The notes below the pieces were generated by a model. It made no database searches, was not told where the DNA came from, and worked only from the letters and a program-made list of their open reading frames with translations. A stretch of DNA of 64,000 bases from Chrysomallon squamiferum (Eukaryota; Animalia; Mollusca), in the NCBI GenBank assembly GCA_012295275.1, contig CM022665.1, positions 10,850,001 to 10,914,000 on the forward strand, read 5' to 3'. Shown here piece after piece: positions 27,201 through 40,480 of this stretch. The position numbers and the translations under genes are program-made. How positions within the stretch are numbered: position 1 is the first letter of the stretch; every line of letters starts with the position of its first letter.

Positions 27201-30200
27201 ATATGGAAATAAAATAATACCTTTTTACAAATAAGCAAATAACACCACTTATATTCTTTTTTGAACTGTTGTTGCAACATTTGTATGTTCTGGAATTATT
27301 CCTTGCATTGTTAAGCACCAATTCCTTCCCCTTGATCTAACATCTCTTGTTTTTTGTTATAATTAACACATTAACTGCTGAAAAGATAAATTTCTTAAAA
27401 TAAATAAAGAAATAAACAATAACATCATAGTAATTATATATATTTATTTTATTTTTTTCTGCTATGGGTGAAAAAATATTAAAATGTCTTATTTTATTTT
27501 TATTTCTTATTTGTTATTGTTGATGTTCTTATTCCAATAAGTTAAAGGTTTGTTTTCTTTTTACCATATTAAAAGAAATACAATAATTTATTATGCATGT
27601 TCATATCTTATTTCCATGGGTATTTGACAAATGTTTAAAATTCTTGCTTATTCTTTTTAGATGATAATAGATTCAGAACCTCTACCTGAAGAAGCAAAAC
27701 AGATACTGGACTGGTACATGTATTCTTGGAATGGTAAGTTTAATTTATTTAAACAAAACAAAAACCTTTAAAAATCCTTTTTTTATATATATATATATAT
27801 ATTTGTAATCAGCCTTGAATGTATGTTCATTTTTTATTCTAAATATCTTAATTTAAAGTATTAAAAATATATATATAAAGACTTTAAATGAATTTCAATA
27901 GTAAATGCTACAAATAATGGGATTGATGTAAGTTATTTTTTATTAATTTTTATTACAAATAAATAGGATTTTATTTCAATATTTATTTTTATGTGCATAA
28001 TATTTCTAATAAAACTGACGGGTTTTATTTTCAGATACAAAAAGAAATGAATTTTTTCATAAACTTCTGTTGAAACTAGATCCCAGACAACACTATTTTA
28101 TTTCCAGCTTTCTCTCAGTAAGTGTAAAATAATATTAAAAAAGTATTTAATTTAATTTTTATATATATATATATATATATCTTTAATTGTAAAAAGTTAG
28201 TTAAAATGAAATAAATGTCAAATATGAGGACATCATTTGGCATGAAGAATGTGCTTGTAAAATTTCTTATATATCCAAGTTATTTTATTTGTTCTTATTA
28301 TGGTTCATCCATAAAATGCGTGTATATATGTAAGGAGGGTAGAAGCTGATGTTTAGACATTTTTTTAGAAGAGAAAAGAAGATTAAATGAAAATAAAAGC
28401 TAAAACGTAGTTACACTTCCTTCTACATCCCAACATTTTATATAGTTATAAAAACTGTATAAACTGTATATATATATATATATATATATGTCTGTCTCTC
28501 TGTTTATATATATATATCTATATCTGTAATTTTAATGTGTGTGTGTGTGTGTGTGTGTGTGTACAGGACTGGCTTAAGGTATCATCATTCACCCCAAAGT
28601 GCCACATGTTAGAGGGCACCACCTCATGTAATTGAGATCTTCAAAACATGAAGGGAAACATTTTTAAAGTAATAAATAAAATAAAATAATAAAATGTCAC
28701 AATTCCTTTAGAGAAGTCAAACCGTCAAGAATCTGATTATTAATTCTTAATGTTATGGAATCAAACTGTGAAAAAGATTTGACAAAGGAAATTTCCATGT
28801 CAGAATAAATAAAGTGCCAATATTAACATGCCCAGGGTTCTAAAACTTTTAGGGCCTGGTCTAAAAATATATATATATCTGTTGTGCAATAGGAAAACAT
28901 GTTAACTCACATTTTCAGGAAAATTGAGATATGGATATTTTTGGATTTACTAGGTTTTAATCAATCCTTCATGATCAACAATTTTACCTTTTCTCATTTT
29001 TTGAATATCTGAATATGTGAATTATTAGATTTTTCCATTGCACAGCAAACACAAATACACACACACATCAAATAAATAAAATGGTATCTGTATTTTTATC
29101 AGATATGTTACATTTACTATTTTGTCTTATTTTGTCTACATTAAATACAAATAATAATAATAAATATTATTTTAATATTTATATTTATCTTAAGGTGAAA
29201 CAGCAGAGAGATTTTATTAGCTTGTTACCTGAACAGCTTGCAGTGAAAATACTCAGTTATCTCACGCCTACAGAGCTAGTACAAGCTAGTCTGGTATTTA
29301 CAATACTGTATTCTGTGTCAGTCTATATGTCTGTCTGTCTGTTTGTCTGTCTATCTAAGTTTGTCATATCTCTTTCTGTCGTTGTCTGTCTGCCTGTCTA
29401 TCTTTCTATTTGTCTGTTTTATCTGTTAGTTTGTCAATGTGTTTGTTATATATGCATTATTACTTAAGTATGTATGTATGTATATGTATGTGTGTATGTA
29501 TGTATGTATGCAATGTTACTATGTACATATTTATATATGTATGTATATATGAATGTAAGTACTATTTTGTATATGTTTATGTTCGTATGTATGTTTGAAT
29601 ATTTACTTTCATGTCAGTATGTTTGTTTCTTTTATTTTTATCATTTATTTAACAGGTGAACAAAACCTGGTATAAAATAGCATCAAACAATGACCTGTGG
29701 AAATCAAAATGTCAAGAGGTCAAGGTTGATGTGCAGATACCTGAAAATCCATTATGGAAGAAAATATTCCAAGATAATCTTAATCTACATCGCAACTGGC
29801 AGACAGGAGAATATAAAACAGTTGACCTCAGAGGTCACACGGACAAGTGAGTAATTATCTACAATTTAAATATTACTTCATGTTTTTAGATGGTGTTATG
29901 ACCTTAGTATTACTATGGATACTTGTTTGGTAGAGGTGTGGATACTGTAAACCAACAGGCAAAAGATTTTGTTGTCATGGCCTTAACATTTCAAAATATA
30001 CTATTTGGTAATCAGGGGAATAGGAATCAAGGGATTTTATTGTTCTCTCCTTAGAATTATAAAGCATACTTATTCACTAGTGATGCAGTCAGTGTAAACA
30101 AACATATGAAAAACAAAAGATTTTGTTGTTACAAAATATAACTATTTAAAAAACAAAAATTGAAGAAAGAAATGATTTCATTATCATGGCATAAAGTGTC

Positions 30201-32227
30201 AAAGAACATGGGTGAAAAATGTAGGTGTGAGGTTTTTTTTTATTACAGTATATAATTATTCTGTTGTGGATGGGGAAAAATTAAACAAACAAACAACAAA
30301 ACAAATATTTTAATGTTTCAGCCTTATGCAATATCAAGTGTAATTAATCAGTAGAAGTTTGGGCCTTATAGAAAAACAAAATTAATAAACAGTTTAATAG
30401 TTTTTATAACTGATATATATTTTTGAATTTATTTTTTAATTGTCATTAATTTTGTTTACATATTTCAGAGTTCTCACAGTAATATTTGACAAGAAGCATC
30501 TTGCCTCAGGCAGTCAGGACAAAACAATAAAAATCTGGGATATCAACACTGGCATGCTGCTTCAGACATTAAAGGGACACAGTCGTGGAATTTGGTGTCT
30601 TAACTTCTTCACCAAAAATCTACTTATCAGTGGATCATACGACAAGACAATCAGAGTAAATATATAACGTGTTGTTCAAGAGTTAAAACACTGGCTTAGT
30701 TCTGTATCATCATGTTTTTATTTATTTTATAAAGTAATGAATGAATTTATTTATGTTTTGCCTCAACAAAATCATTGCTAATTGACTTTGTTTTTACTGT
30801 TTAATTAAATCACTTAAAAGCCTAAATTCTTGGCAGTATTCAGTTTATTTATTGTTTGTACATTCATAAAAATGTTTTATCCTGACTTGGAATATATATA
30901 AAATTAAAACATATTCTTTCCATCTACACACACATGAACACACATACACACAATGGAAATAAATAGTGTTTAATTTTATACAGATGCACTTCTGGATAAA
31001 AACTATTTCTGTAACTAAAATTACTTTTAAGAATGTGTATAATGGTTGCTATTATTCAGATTTGGAATCTTCGAACAGGAAGTACTCTGAGAACTCTACT
31101 TGGACACGAGGGGCCAGTGTGGGCAATGGTGCGACGTGAAAGTATTCTAGTCACTGCATCACAAGATAAAACAGTTTGTATTTAACAATAATAGTAGTAA
31201 TAGTAGTAGTTTTAGTAGATGTAATCATGATCATATTAATAACAGTAATAACAGTAATAGTAACGATGATGATGATGATGATATAATAATATTCAAAATG
31301 ATAATTATAATAGTATCAGCAAACAAAAAATATTCAAGAAAGTTTTACAAACATAAATGAAATCAATATGCTATCGTTTTTTCAATGATGATTGAAATAA
31401 AACAACAATTTATTTATATAGATTTTATTATTACTATTTTTATTGTTACTGTAATTTATTTATTTATTTATTTATTTATTTTCAGAATAATAATAATAAT
31501 AATAATAATATGCCCAATACCATTTGAATATGTTGTTTCTGTTAATATTTATTTTTTCTTAAAAATATAACTTATTACATGTAGATTTCCATTACATTAT
31601 AATCAGAACTCCAAAAACATTTAAATATAAACTAATATATTTTGTATATTCAGATTACATGAACCAGAATGTCTAAAATATAATACATTTATATATTTTC
31701 CAAGGCTAAGGTCTGGAACATCAGTCAGTGTCTACTTCTTCATACACTGTCTGGTCACAATTCAGCAGTATTTGCAGTTGACATGGATGAGAATGGAACA
31801 TTAGTCATTACAGGTTCAGCAGACAGGGTTAGTGCTACCCTCTATGTGTGTATGATATTTAATCAGTCAGTTGTTTAAAACATGCTTATAACCTGTTTAT
31901 GAATCCCAAAGCATATAGTACAGAAGCCCTGTTATTTTTATTGTTAGTATAAGTGTTAGGATTAGTGTTAGTAATTGTGTGACACAGAAATAGACAGAAG
32001 AAGAAAGAAAGATATTATTCAAAAATGCACATTATTAATCTGTGGTTATATGGTTTCTTGTTTTAAAAATAAAAAAGGATGCATATTGCAGTCATATTAT
32101 GGGTTACTCTTTTCCAATTAGTAAAAAAAGTATTTTTTGTTATATGAACTTAGAAAAATGCACATTGTGGCCTTTATCAAAACAGACATGGAAGTTTAGT
32201 GAGAGATAAACACCAATATATTCACAG

Positions 32228-32304
<77 letters not shown>

Positions 32305-32994
32305 ACATGCAACATATCAGAAAAGACACACATGTTTATTCACCGTTTTCTACTCTTTGCAGTGTGTTCGTATCTGGGATGCACAGAGTGGAAAATGTAA
32401 CAAGATTGTCTGGGTAAGTCAGTCGACATCCATCATGGCCATCAGCTACAGCCACGGATACTTTGCCTGTTCATATGGTGAGACAATATGTCTGTATAAA
32501 ATAGGAAAGGCAAAACTCATCAGAACATTTATCGAGCACAGAAAACGGTGTGTAATGAGAAATGTTTTCTTATTTTGTAAAAATGAATCAAAAATGTAAA
32601 GTGATTTGTGAAATGATAAACTATACTATTTTTTATTTTATTAATTTCTTTCTTTTTTTTTCTTTTTTTTTTTTTTTCTTTTTGGTGTCCTTTAAGCATC
32701 ATTTGTTTCTTACTTTATTTTTTTGTTTGTTGTTGCTTTATTATGTTCTGTTTTATTATTTTATAGTGAGTTTTACTATCTGTTATCATTTGATTATTTA
32801 TTTAATATATTTTTTATTTGTTTATTTATTTTTATTTTTATTTTTATTTTTATTTTTTTATTATTATTTTTTTTTATTTCATTTTTTTTTGTATATTGTA
32901 TTAGGTCTCTTTTTTGTATTTGATGTTATATCAAACTATGTTTTTCTAAATATGTGCTAAATATAATATTATGCAGAAGAATTTATTATAATTA

Positions 32995-33029
<35 letters not shown>

Positions 33030-33861
33030 GAATTACTGTTTTAAAAATTATATAAAACAAGAAAACTATAAATTGGTTATTATAACAGTTGTTTTGGGTT
33101 TTTTTTAAATTTTGGTACATCACTGTATACATATACCATAGTTCATCACCCATAAATTAATAATAAATAAACTAATTAATATTCTGGTTTTCCTTACAGT
33201 ATTGAGAGCATTGAACTTCGTATATCAGATTCAGAGAACATGCAGGGAACAATTATTAGTGCAGGGAAAGATGGCATGGTGAAACACTGGGATGTCAACA
33301 AGTAAGAGAGGAAAAATATCAATAAATTAAAATTTGTGTCAGTCTAAGTACAAATTATATATATTTAATTGTTAATGAAAAAAGAAAGAAATTTGTTTTA
33401 GTAATTATAATAACAACAATGAAGAAAACATTTTTTAAAAAGGTATATTGATAAGTGCTCAGTCAAAAGTTTAATTAATAAGATTAGTAATTAAAAGTAA
33501 TAATAATAAGAAGAAAAAGAAGAATGATAAATAATAATAATAATGTTAATAATTACACTAATAACATGAACAAAAACAAAAAGAAATTTTCAAAATAAAA
33601 TTCTTAAACAGTGTTTACTAGAACAGTGCTGATATATTTCTAGTTGACATTTCTTATTAGGTTTTATTTTTAATTATTATTTCAATTTTGAATTCATATT
33701 TGTTTATTATGTTATTTTTATTTTTTTTATTTTCTAGTTGTGAGAGCATGCATACTTTTGCAGGTCATCAGGAACAAGTCAATTGCATATACTTTGATGA
33801 GCTGAGAATAGCTAGTGCAGGATATGACAATAAAATAAGGATTTGGAATTTTAATATTTAA
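9883..33861 (+). CDS. F-box/WD40-repeat protein (D-domain + F-box + 7 WD40; Cdc4/FBXW7/beta-TrCP-type architecture, orthology unresolved), 15 exons, 704 aa
   Basis: Exons: 9883-10101, 20809-20979, 22017-22159, 24030-24182, 25235-25382, 27661-27733, 28035-28117, 29195-29293, 29656-29846, 30469-30655, 31060-31173, 31705-31827, 32363-32547, 33200-33301, 33738-33861. Phases are consistent; total 2115 nt. F-box RDFISLLPEQLAVKILSYLTPTELVQASLVNKTWYKIASNNDLWK. WD40 repeats GHTDK..IKIWD, GHSRG..IRIWN, GHEGP..AKVWN, GHNSA..VRIWD, ..ICLYK, EHRKR..VKHWD, GHQEQ..IRIWN. Exons 3-5 (linker) are less certain than exons 6-15. Confidence 0.88.
12354..12457. mobile_element. Possible short TTAA-flanked (Kolobok-like) element
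   Basis: ttaa|aggggaaatc ... gataccccct|ttaa; TIR 8/10, 104 bp. Confidence 0.35.
13948..14007. repeat. (CA)n microsatellite
   Basis: About 30 CA units. Other CA/GT tracts lie near 7451, 10311, 11532, 23562, 23919, 28537, 50939, 53129 and 58961. Confidence 0.95.
21227..21282. repeat. (TATTG)n pentanucleotide microsatellite
   Basis: Seen directly. Confidence 0.9.
28564..28863. mobile_element. Degenerate MITE remnant (CAGGGCCGG-type ends)
   Basis: GC-richer ends caggactggcttaag... and ...tagggcctggtcta around an AT-rich middle. The TIR match is weak and no TSD is seen. Confidence 0.35.
32233..32306. repeat. Compound (CT)n(CA)n microsatellite
   Basis: Seen directly, about 55 nt upstream of the exon 13 acceptor. 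Confidence 0.95.
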
Positions 33862-33876
33862 AATTCTCTTTTTAAA

Positions 33877-34080
33877 GGACAGCTTGTAGCCAAGTAGTTA
33901 AGTATTGGCTTGAAGCACAATTGATCATTGAATCAATGATTCCCTCTTTGAACTCTTTTTCCATTCCAGTCTCAATCTTATTTGTCAAAAGTTACAGGTT
34001 GTTTGTTTTTGTTATGGTTTTTTGTATGTGGGAAGGTACATTAATCCATAAAAAAAAAAAGAGAAGAGAATAACCCTTTG
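33877..34080 (+). mobile_element. Degraded tRNA-derived SINE in the proximal 3'UTR of the F-box/WD40 gene
   Basis: Box-A-like tagccaagtag (33887-33897), followed in order by blocks (gcttgaagc, ttccattccag, tcaaaag, tgtatgtgggaaggtacat, gaagagaataaccct) resembling a gastropod SINE consensus recalled from memory. Not verified by search. Confidence 0.5.
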
Positions 34081-36094
34081 CAGAAATTGTTACTGAATAT
34101 ATGGGAATGAATGTTGTATTTATACAAATTAAACTCAAAGTTACTGAATTTTCCATTTCTGATTTTTGTGCACTAAATTTGACAATTTTAAAATTCTTCA
34201 TTGTTTCTGTTGTTTGTTTCATTTTTAATAAAAATGATATGATAAAAAATTAATGGTTGGATTGAAAGTTGTATTTTAATCATTAAAATTAATATGAAAC
34301 TCAAAGTACTGAACATTTTTATTTCTAATTTTTCATGCACTAAGCAGCATTTTATAAAAATAATAATATAATGTCTGGATTGAAAAAGTTCCATTTTTGT
34401 TATTACTATTAGTTAATGAATGTTTCTAATTGTTATATGCATTAAGCTACGGTTTAATAATAATAAAATAAATTATGTACTTTTTTTATATTTTAAAGTT
34501 TGAAATCAAATCCCAGTTTTAAATTTCATTCAGTAACTAAAGTATAAAAGGACTTTATGCATTTCTAATTTTATGTGCACAATGCTACTTTTTCAATAAT
34601 CTTTTAAAAATGTTTTATTTATATTTTAATGTTTGAAATGAAAGCACAAATTTAGATTATATTCTTTCAGTATGGAAGTATAAATTATCAAAAAATGTAT
34701 GTATTTCAAATTACATTTGAACTGAGCTGGCCTCCATTAACATTTTTTTGTGATAGTATTAAACAATATGTTGTAATTGTTATTTGTGTTATTACCAAAA
34801 TAAAACATAAAACAATATATATAGTCCAAAAGTGCTATCCTTTATTTACTTAATCCATACAACAAAGTACATTGTGATATAATAAAACTATGTTTGTCAT
34901 TACATAGTTTTGTCATTTTAAATTAAAAGATTTATGTGAGTTTTTTCTTATTTTATTTTATTTTATTTTTTTTTTTTGTTGTTTCTAAAGGAAGAAAATA
35001 CTACTGGAATAATTGTATAACTAGATTTATCATTATTTTCAAATTTAACATGTTTTTATAAGTGGTTTTTTTTTTATTAATATTAACTTAAATGTAGAAG
35101 TTTATTACGGTTGGAATAATTTACCTTGAAGAATAAAAATATATGAAGTATTTTTTTTTATATATAAATAAATTAAATACTGTTTGTAATATTGCACTTA
35201 TATATCTTCAAAAACTAAAAAAAAAATATTAATAATAATAATAATAATAATAATTTTATACTGGTAATATAAAAAATATATAATTATTTTTTAATTTGCA
35301 CTGGTACTCAGTGACATTTAAATGCACAAATTACTTTTTAGTGAAATTATAATAATCAAGAAATGAATAATAATAATGACATTTTTATAAATTTGTCTTT
35401 TACTACTGAAATATATTTTAAAAAACAAAAACAAAATGTACAAAAATTTCGAACTTAATAAAATTATTTTTAAATCTGTGTTTATAGCTAATGAGTCTAT
35501 AAAAGAAAAAATGTTTTTAATATATCTGTCAGTTATATGACATTTCTTTAAAGATTATTTTTTATTTTTTATTATTTTTATAAATTTTATTTACCACATC
35601 AGCATTATTAATCCTTTGTGCCAAAAGTTACTGACGTGTAAAATATATTTTAATATTTATTACTAAATATGACTATTAAAGTTTAATTTCTTTCTTTTTT
35701 TTAATTTTTAAAATTCTTTATAGCATTATTTTTTCATAAACTGTCAAATATATATTGAAATAATGATCTATCTTATAACATACAAGCCTATTACTCTTTA
35801 AAAATAAATAAATAAATAACTTAATAAATAAATAAAGAAAGAAAGAAAGAATAAAATTTTACACTTTTTCTAAATAAACAAACACCCTGCTAATTATATT
35901 TAATAATGCTTAAAGCAATTTAACTTCTAATCTTTTAAAATGTATTTTAGTCAAAAAGTACATTTACTTTAAAACTGTTTTGTTGCAAATTTGTTTTATT
36001 TAAGCCACACAAATCTCAGCTTGATGAATGTTTTATTTTATTATTTTTAAAAATATGTTTATTTGGTACAGAATTCTGTAAAAAAAAAACACAA

Positions 36095-36450
36095 CATTTT
36101 TGATAACCATCAAATTTAGAAATTGTTTAAGAGCTGTTTGTGATAACTGTTAAATTTAGGATTCTGTGATAAACATTTCTGATCATTTTTAAATCTAGAA
36201 ATTTGTGTTAACTTGTAAACCTAGCATTTTTATTAAGTACTTGTGATAACCTTTAAAGAATTTTTTACATAGGCATTTGTGATAACTGTTGAATCTAGAA
36301 ATTTATAATAAGCATTTGTGATAACTTTTTAAACAATTCTTTAATAAGTAATTATCATAAATTATTGAATCTAGGATTTATTAACAAGTTTTTGTTACAG
36401 TTGTTAAATCTAGATAATATTTGTGATAATTGTTAAATCTAGGATTTATT
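36095..36450. repeat. Degenerate minisatellite, about 38-40 bp unit, about 9-10 copies
   Basis: Recurrent (c)atttgtgataactgttaaatctaggattt units. Confidence 0.8.
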
Positions 36451-38787
36451 AATTAATGTTTTAATAATGTAACATTTTGTTTCTTCTTGTCATTTTAGAC
36501 TAGTTTTATTTTTGTAATTAAACTGAATATACATAATTTTAATTTAAAACTGTTTTCTTATAAATGTCATAAAACATTCAATTTTCATATATTATAAAAT
36601 TGTTTCATTTCATTAATTTATTATTTTGTGTTTTATTTATTGACTTATTTAATTTTTTACATTTCTGTATATTTTATATTATTTATTTGTTTAAACTTTT
36701 TTCTTATTTATATTTTGTTAATATAGTTTTATTTTAAATGAGGAAAAATCAAATCTGTTCATTCTTAATTTGTTTGTCAAATACTTCTGAAATAAAAATT
36801 TATATTGAAGTGAATGATATTCCTTTGAATATTTTGCTGTTTTTTCATTAGATATTTATTAATAAATCAAATTAATTATTCCTTGACATTTTTTTTGTTC
36901 CAGTGAATTACGTTTTAATACATTAATGTGCATTTTAAAATTTTGTTTAATAAATATGCTATATTTTACATAAGAAAGAAACATAATTAAAATATATTAT
37001 TTCCATTTGTGTCCATCTTAATTTATTAAATTAAGGAATATAAATCTGTTTTGTTTATTTTTCTTTAGACCTACAATTATTTATTTGTGTTTATTTATTT
37101 TCAACTCCTTGTCCAGTAAAAATATTTCAGAGAAAATAAGAATATTGTCATGCTGCAGATTCATAACTGCAACCAGGAGATATAAGCCATTAAATGTAAT
37201 TAATGAGGGGTATTGGAAAACACACACACATTTACTCACTCACTCTCATTCTCTCTCTGTAATATATACATTCTTTATGGACATTTTAATAGAATTTCAT
37301 TGTCATATACTTGTCAAAGTTAGTATTATTTATTTTATTTTATTTATTTATTTATTTATTTAATAACTCAATTGAAATATAATGTGAAAATGTGAACATT
37401 ATTTTTGGCATGTCAAATCTTCTGCAGGTCAAATTTCGTAATCACACGGATTAGAAATAACATTGTGCTATATATGTAAAATAATCACAAACATTTCTAA
37501 TTATTTCAACAAACTTTTAATACATTCACCTCTATTAACAATAAAAATGAACACATTCCTGCTGTCAACATATCCAGCCATAATTAAATAATGTTAAACA
37601 AGTTAAAGTAAATTAATCATTCTAAATGCTTCTCAAATAAAATTAAAAATTAAAAATACAGTATAATCTGACTGCAATCTACAATTTATTTATGTGGTTT
37701 TTTAAAATGTTATTTATTCAGAATTGTATTTCATCTATTATCATTTTGTTAAAGATTAATATTGATAAAAACAATTATTTTCAAAATGTAATTGTTTTGG
37801 TATTGTTATTTAATTGTTATTTCAAATTTATATTCAATCATCTCACTTTAAAATTATTATTATTAATTTGTTTGAAAGAGATATTTTATTAAAAAAAAAA
37901 AAAAGAAGAAGAAGAAGGAAAAAAAAAGAATTAAATTGGCCAAATTAAATAAAATCTTTAAAAGAAAAAAAGGAGCTCCATCAGTTACTTGCAATATTTG
38001 CTGCCAGATCCCTTAAGTAAAAAACGCTGGGGGAAAAAAAAATTATATTTCATCAGTGTGAAAATCAAAGTATTCTGATAAAAGATTACCAGTTCAGAAT
38101 TAAATATTTGATAAATATAACTGAAGCCAAACATTATCATAGAAACTTAATATTATCATCAATTTATTCAATATTTAACTTAAACATTTGGTAAATAAAC
38201 AAATTGAGAATTAATTTATGTTGATTTCTGCCAGAGAAATACTCCTTATGTATAAACAACCTGATAATAATTAGAAGTTACTGAAGATTGCAAAATGGTA
38301 TTTTAATATTTAAAATGCTCAAAACCTGATATATTGTTTGTGCAATGTAATAAAAATAATAATAAATTTACAACAAAAAAAATGAGATTCTGAACATAAT
38401 ATAGTTAAATAAAGTGAGTAGTAAAAAACAAATTGTTATGATATTTTGCTTAGCTTTGAAATATGAAAATAAAGACAATATGTAAAGCAGCATCTAACAT
38501 AGATCAAAGGAACCTGCTTTCAACAATTTTCTTTTAATGATATGTTTAAGCATGAAGTTTTGAGAATTATACATGAGTAAAGTAATAAATTCTTTATCCT
38601 CTTTGTATCAAGTTTTTGAACATCTGCTACAGTATGTACAAGTCTAATGAATTAAATATTAGATCTAAATGATCAAAAGATGAAAAATATCTTTGCAAAG
38701 AACATATAATGTCTGAACTGCAAATAATTCACAACAGAAATACTAATCTAATATGTAATATTCAAACTAAATTATTAAACATATTGG

Positions 38788-38836
<49 letters not shown>

Positions 38837-39861
38837 TACAAAAATAAAATACCACTAAAAAGCTAAAATTATCAACAGTAAGACCTTAATTTCTTAGTTT
38901 TTTTTCTTTCTTTTTTTTCCCATGGCTGGTATGTTCCACCAAGGATCAACTACCCAAGAAATATAATTACAAAGGAAACTGAAATATTGTGGTTTTTTAC
39001 TTAGCAGCAGAATCTTATTTAATGTGTTGGCAGATAAAGTTTTCAAATTTAAAATAACCAGTTAATAGTAATCCATAAATTTCTAGTTTGTGTATGTATA
39101 TAAGACAGGTTGAAAGTATGGTTGCTAGGAATCATTTCATTTAGTAAAAATACATTAATGAAGATTATTTTATTTTATTTTAAAAACTTACTGATAAATG
39201 ATATTAACCTCCATAAAGAGGAAAAATTAATTATGTAAAGTAAGATATTAAAAAATATTTCTGCTGTAAAACCAGCATGTTATTTAACAAAACTTTAAAA
39301 AAATATAATGAATGATAATAAGTCAAAAAAAGATTTCTAACATTTTTCGTTTTCATGGTCCTTTTATGATTTTAATAAATAAACAAGTAATAATAATGAT
39401 AATAAACATTTTAAATATAGAGATATAAAAAAAAAATACATTGTTAATACAGTTTCATTTTTTATGACACTAAATTAACACTAGTAGTAGATGGGCTATT
39501 TGTAACATAAAAACGGATGAAATGAGATCTAAATAAAAAAGTATATTATTCTTTGTTCTCTTAATTTATAAGTTTAATATTTTGTGACATAATTATCTGG
39601 TTTTCAAAGTACAATATAGATTCTGAGTTTACTACAAATGTATGACATTATAATAAGAAAATAAGTGTCCTATGTAAGCTATTTTACATTACCAGTTTAT
39701 AAATAAGTGTAGACAATTCCACTTTATAACAAGATAATTCAAATTTAATGGAAACAAGGTAGTGCTAAATACTTCACATCCAAGGTCTGTCTGTGGATAA
39801 GTATAAAAAAAAAAGAAAAAAAGTCTGACAATGAGAACTGTATGAAGTTTTGCAGTTATGG

Positions 39862-40065
39862 CAGGTCCCAGGTCCCAGCAGAAATGTGCTGTAACATAAC
39901 CAATGTTGTTAATACTTTCATGGATCCATTCTGAGAAACATTAACTTTATAACCATCTCCTGCATTTTAGATTTAAAACATTTCAGGGGAGAGCGTGCCC
40001 CCAGATCCCTCTAACGCCAGCCATTTGGGCTGCTGATTACATATACATTTCTGCATATGGGCCTG
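39862..40065. mobile_element. Degenerate MITE (CAGG...CCTG termini)
   Basis: 5' caggtcccagcagaaatgtg resembles the reverse complement of the 3' end, caggcccatatgcagaaatgta. GC-rich core ggggagagcgtgcccccagatccctcta. No TSD recognisable. Confidence 0.5.
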
Positions 40066-40389
40066 TACTTCTAAAAAATATATATAGTAAGTTTCATGAA
40101 TATCTCCTGGAAAAATGTTCTCAAGATTTCTGTATTTTCATTCTTATTAATGTAATTCTAAATATTAAAATTAATTACAAAAAGGAAAAATAAGAAATAA
40201 TCTTTCTTTACTCTATTCACATATAACTCAAAGAGAAATGTTTATTTATTATTTTTTTCTTTGGTTTGTGTGTACCTGAATTTAAAAGTTTTGGCATTGG
40301 TGTTACTGACTTATCTTGAAATGAATATTAAACAAGTAACAACAATGAAAGGCAATAGTAATAATATCCAAAAAAAATATAATAACTAA

Positions 40390-40390
<1 letters not shown>

Positions 40391-40431
<41 letters not shown>

Positions 40432-40480
40432 TAATGATGATGATGATGATAATGATGATGATGATGATGATGATGAAGAA
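40391..40480. repeat. Compound (AAT)n(GAT)n(GAA)n microsatellite
   Basis: Seen directly. Confidence 0.9.

Noticed and set aside
34799-34846. Back-to-back AATAAA / TTTATT as convergent poly(A) signals
   Set aside because: These hexamers are ubiquitous in this AT-rich DNA, and it would need an 8-kb TCP11L 3'UTR with no support.
36095-36450. CRISPR-like periodicity
   Set aside because: Units are degenerate, spacers are mutually related, there are no cas genes, and the context is eukaryotic.
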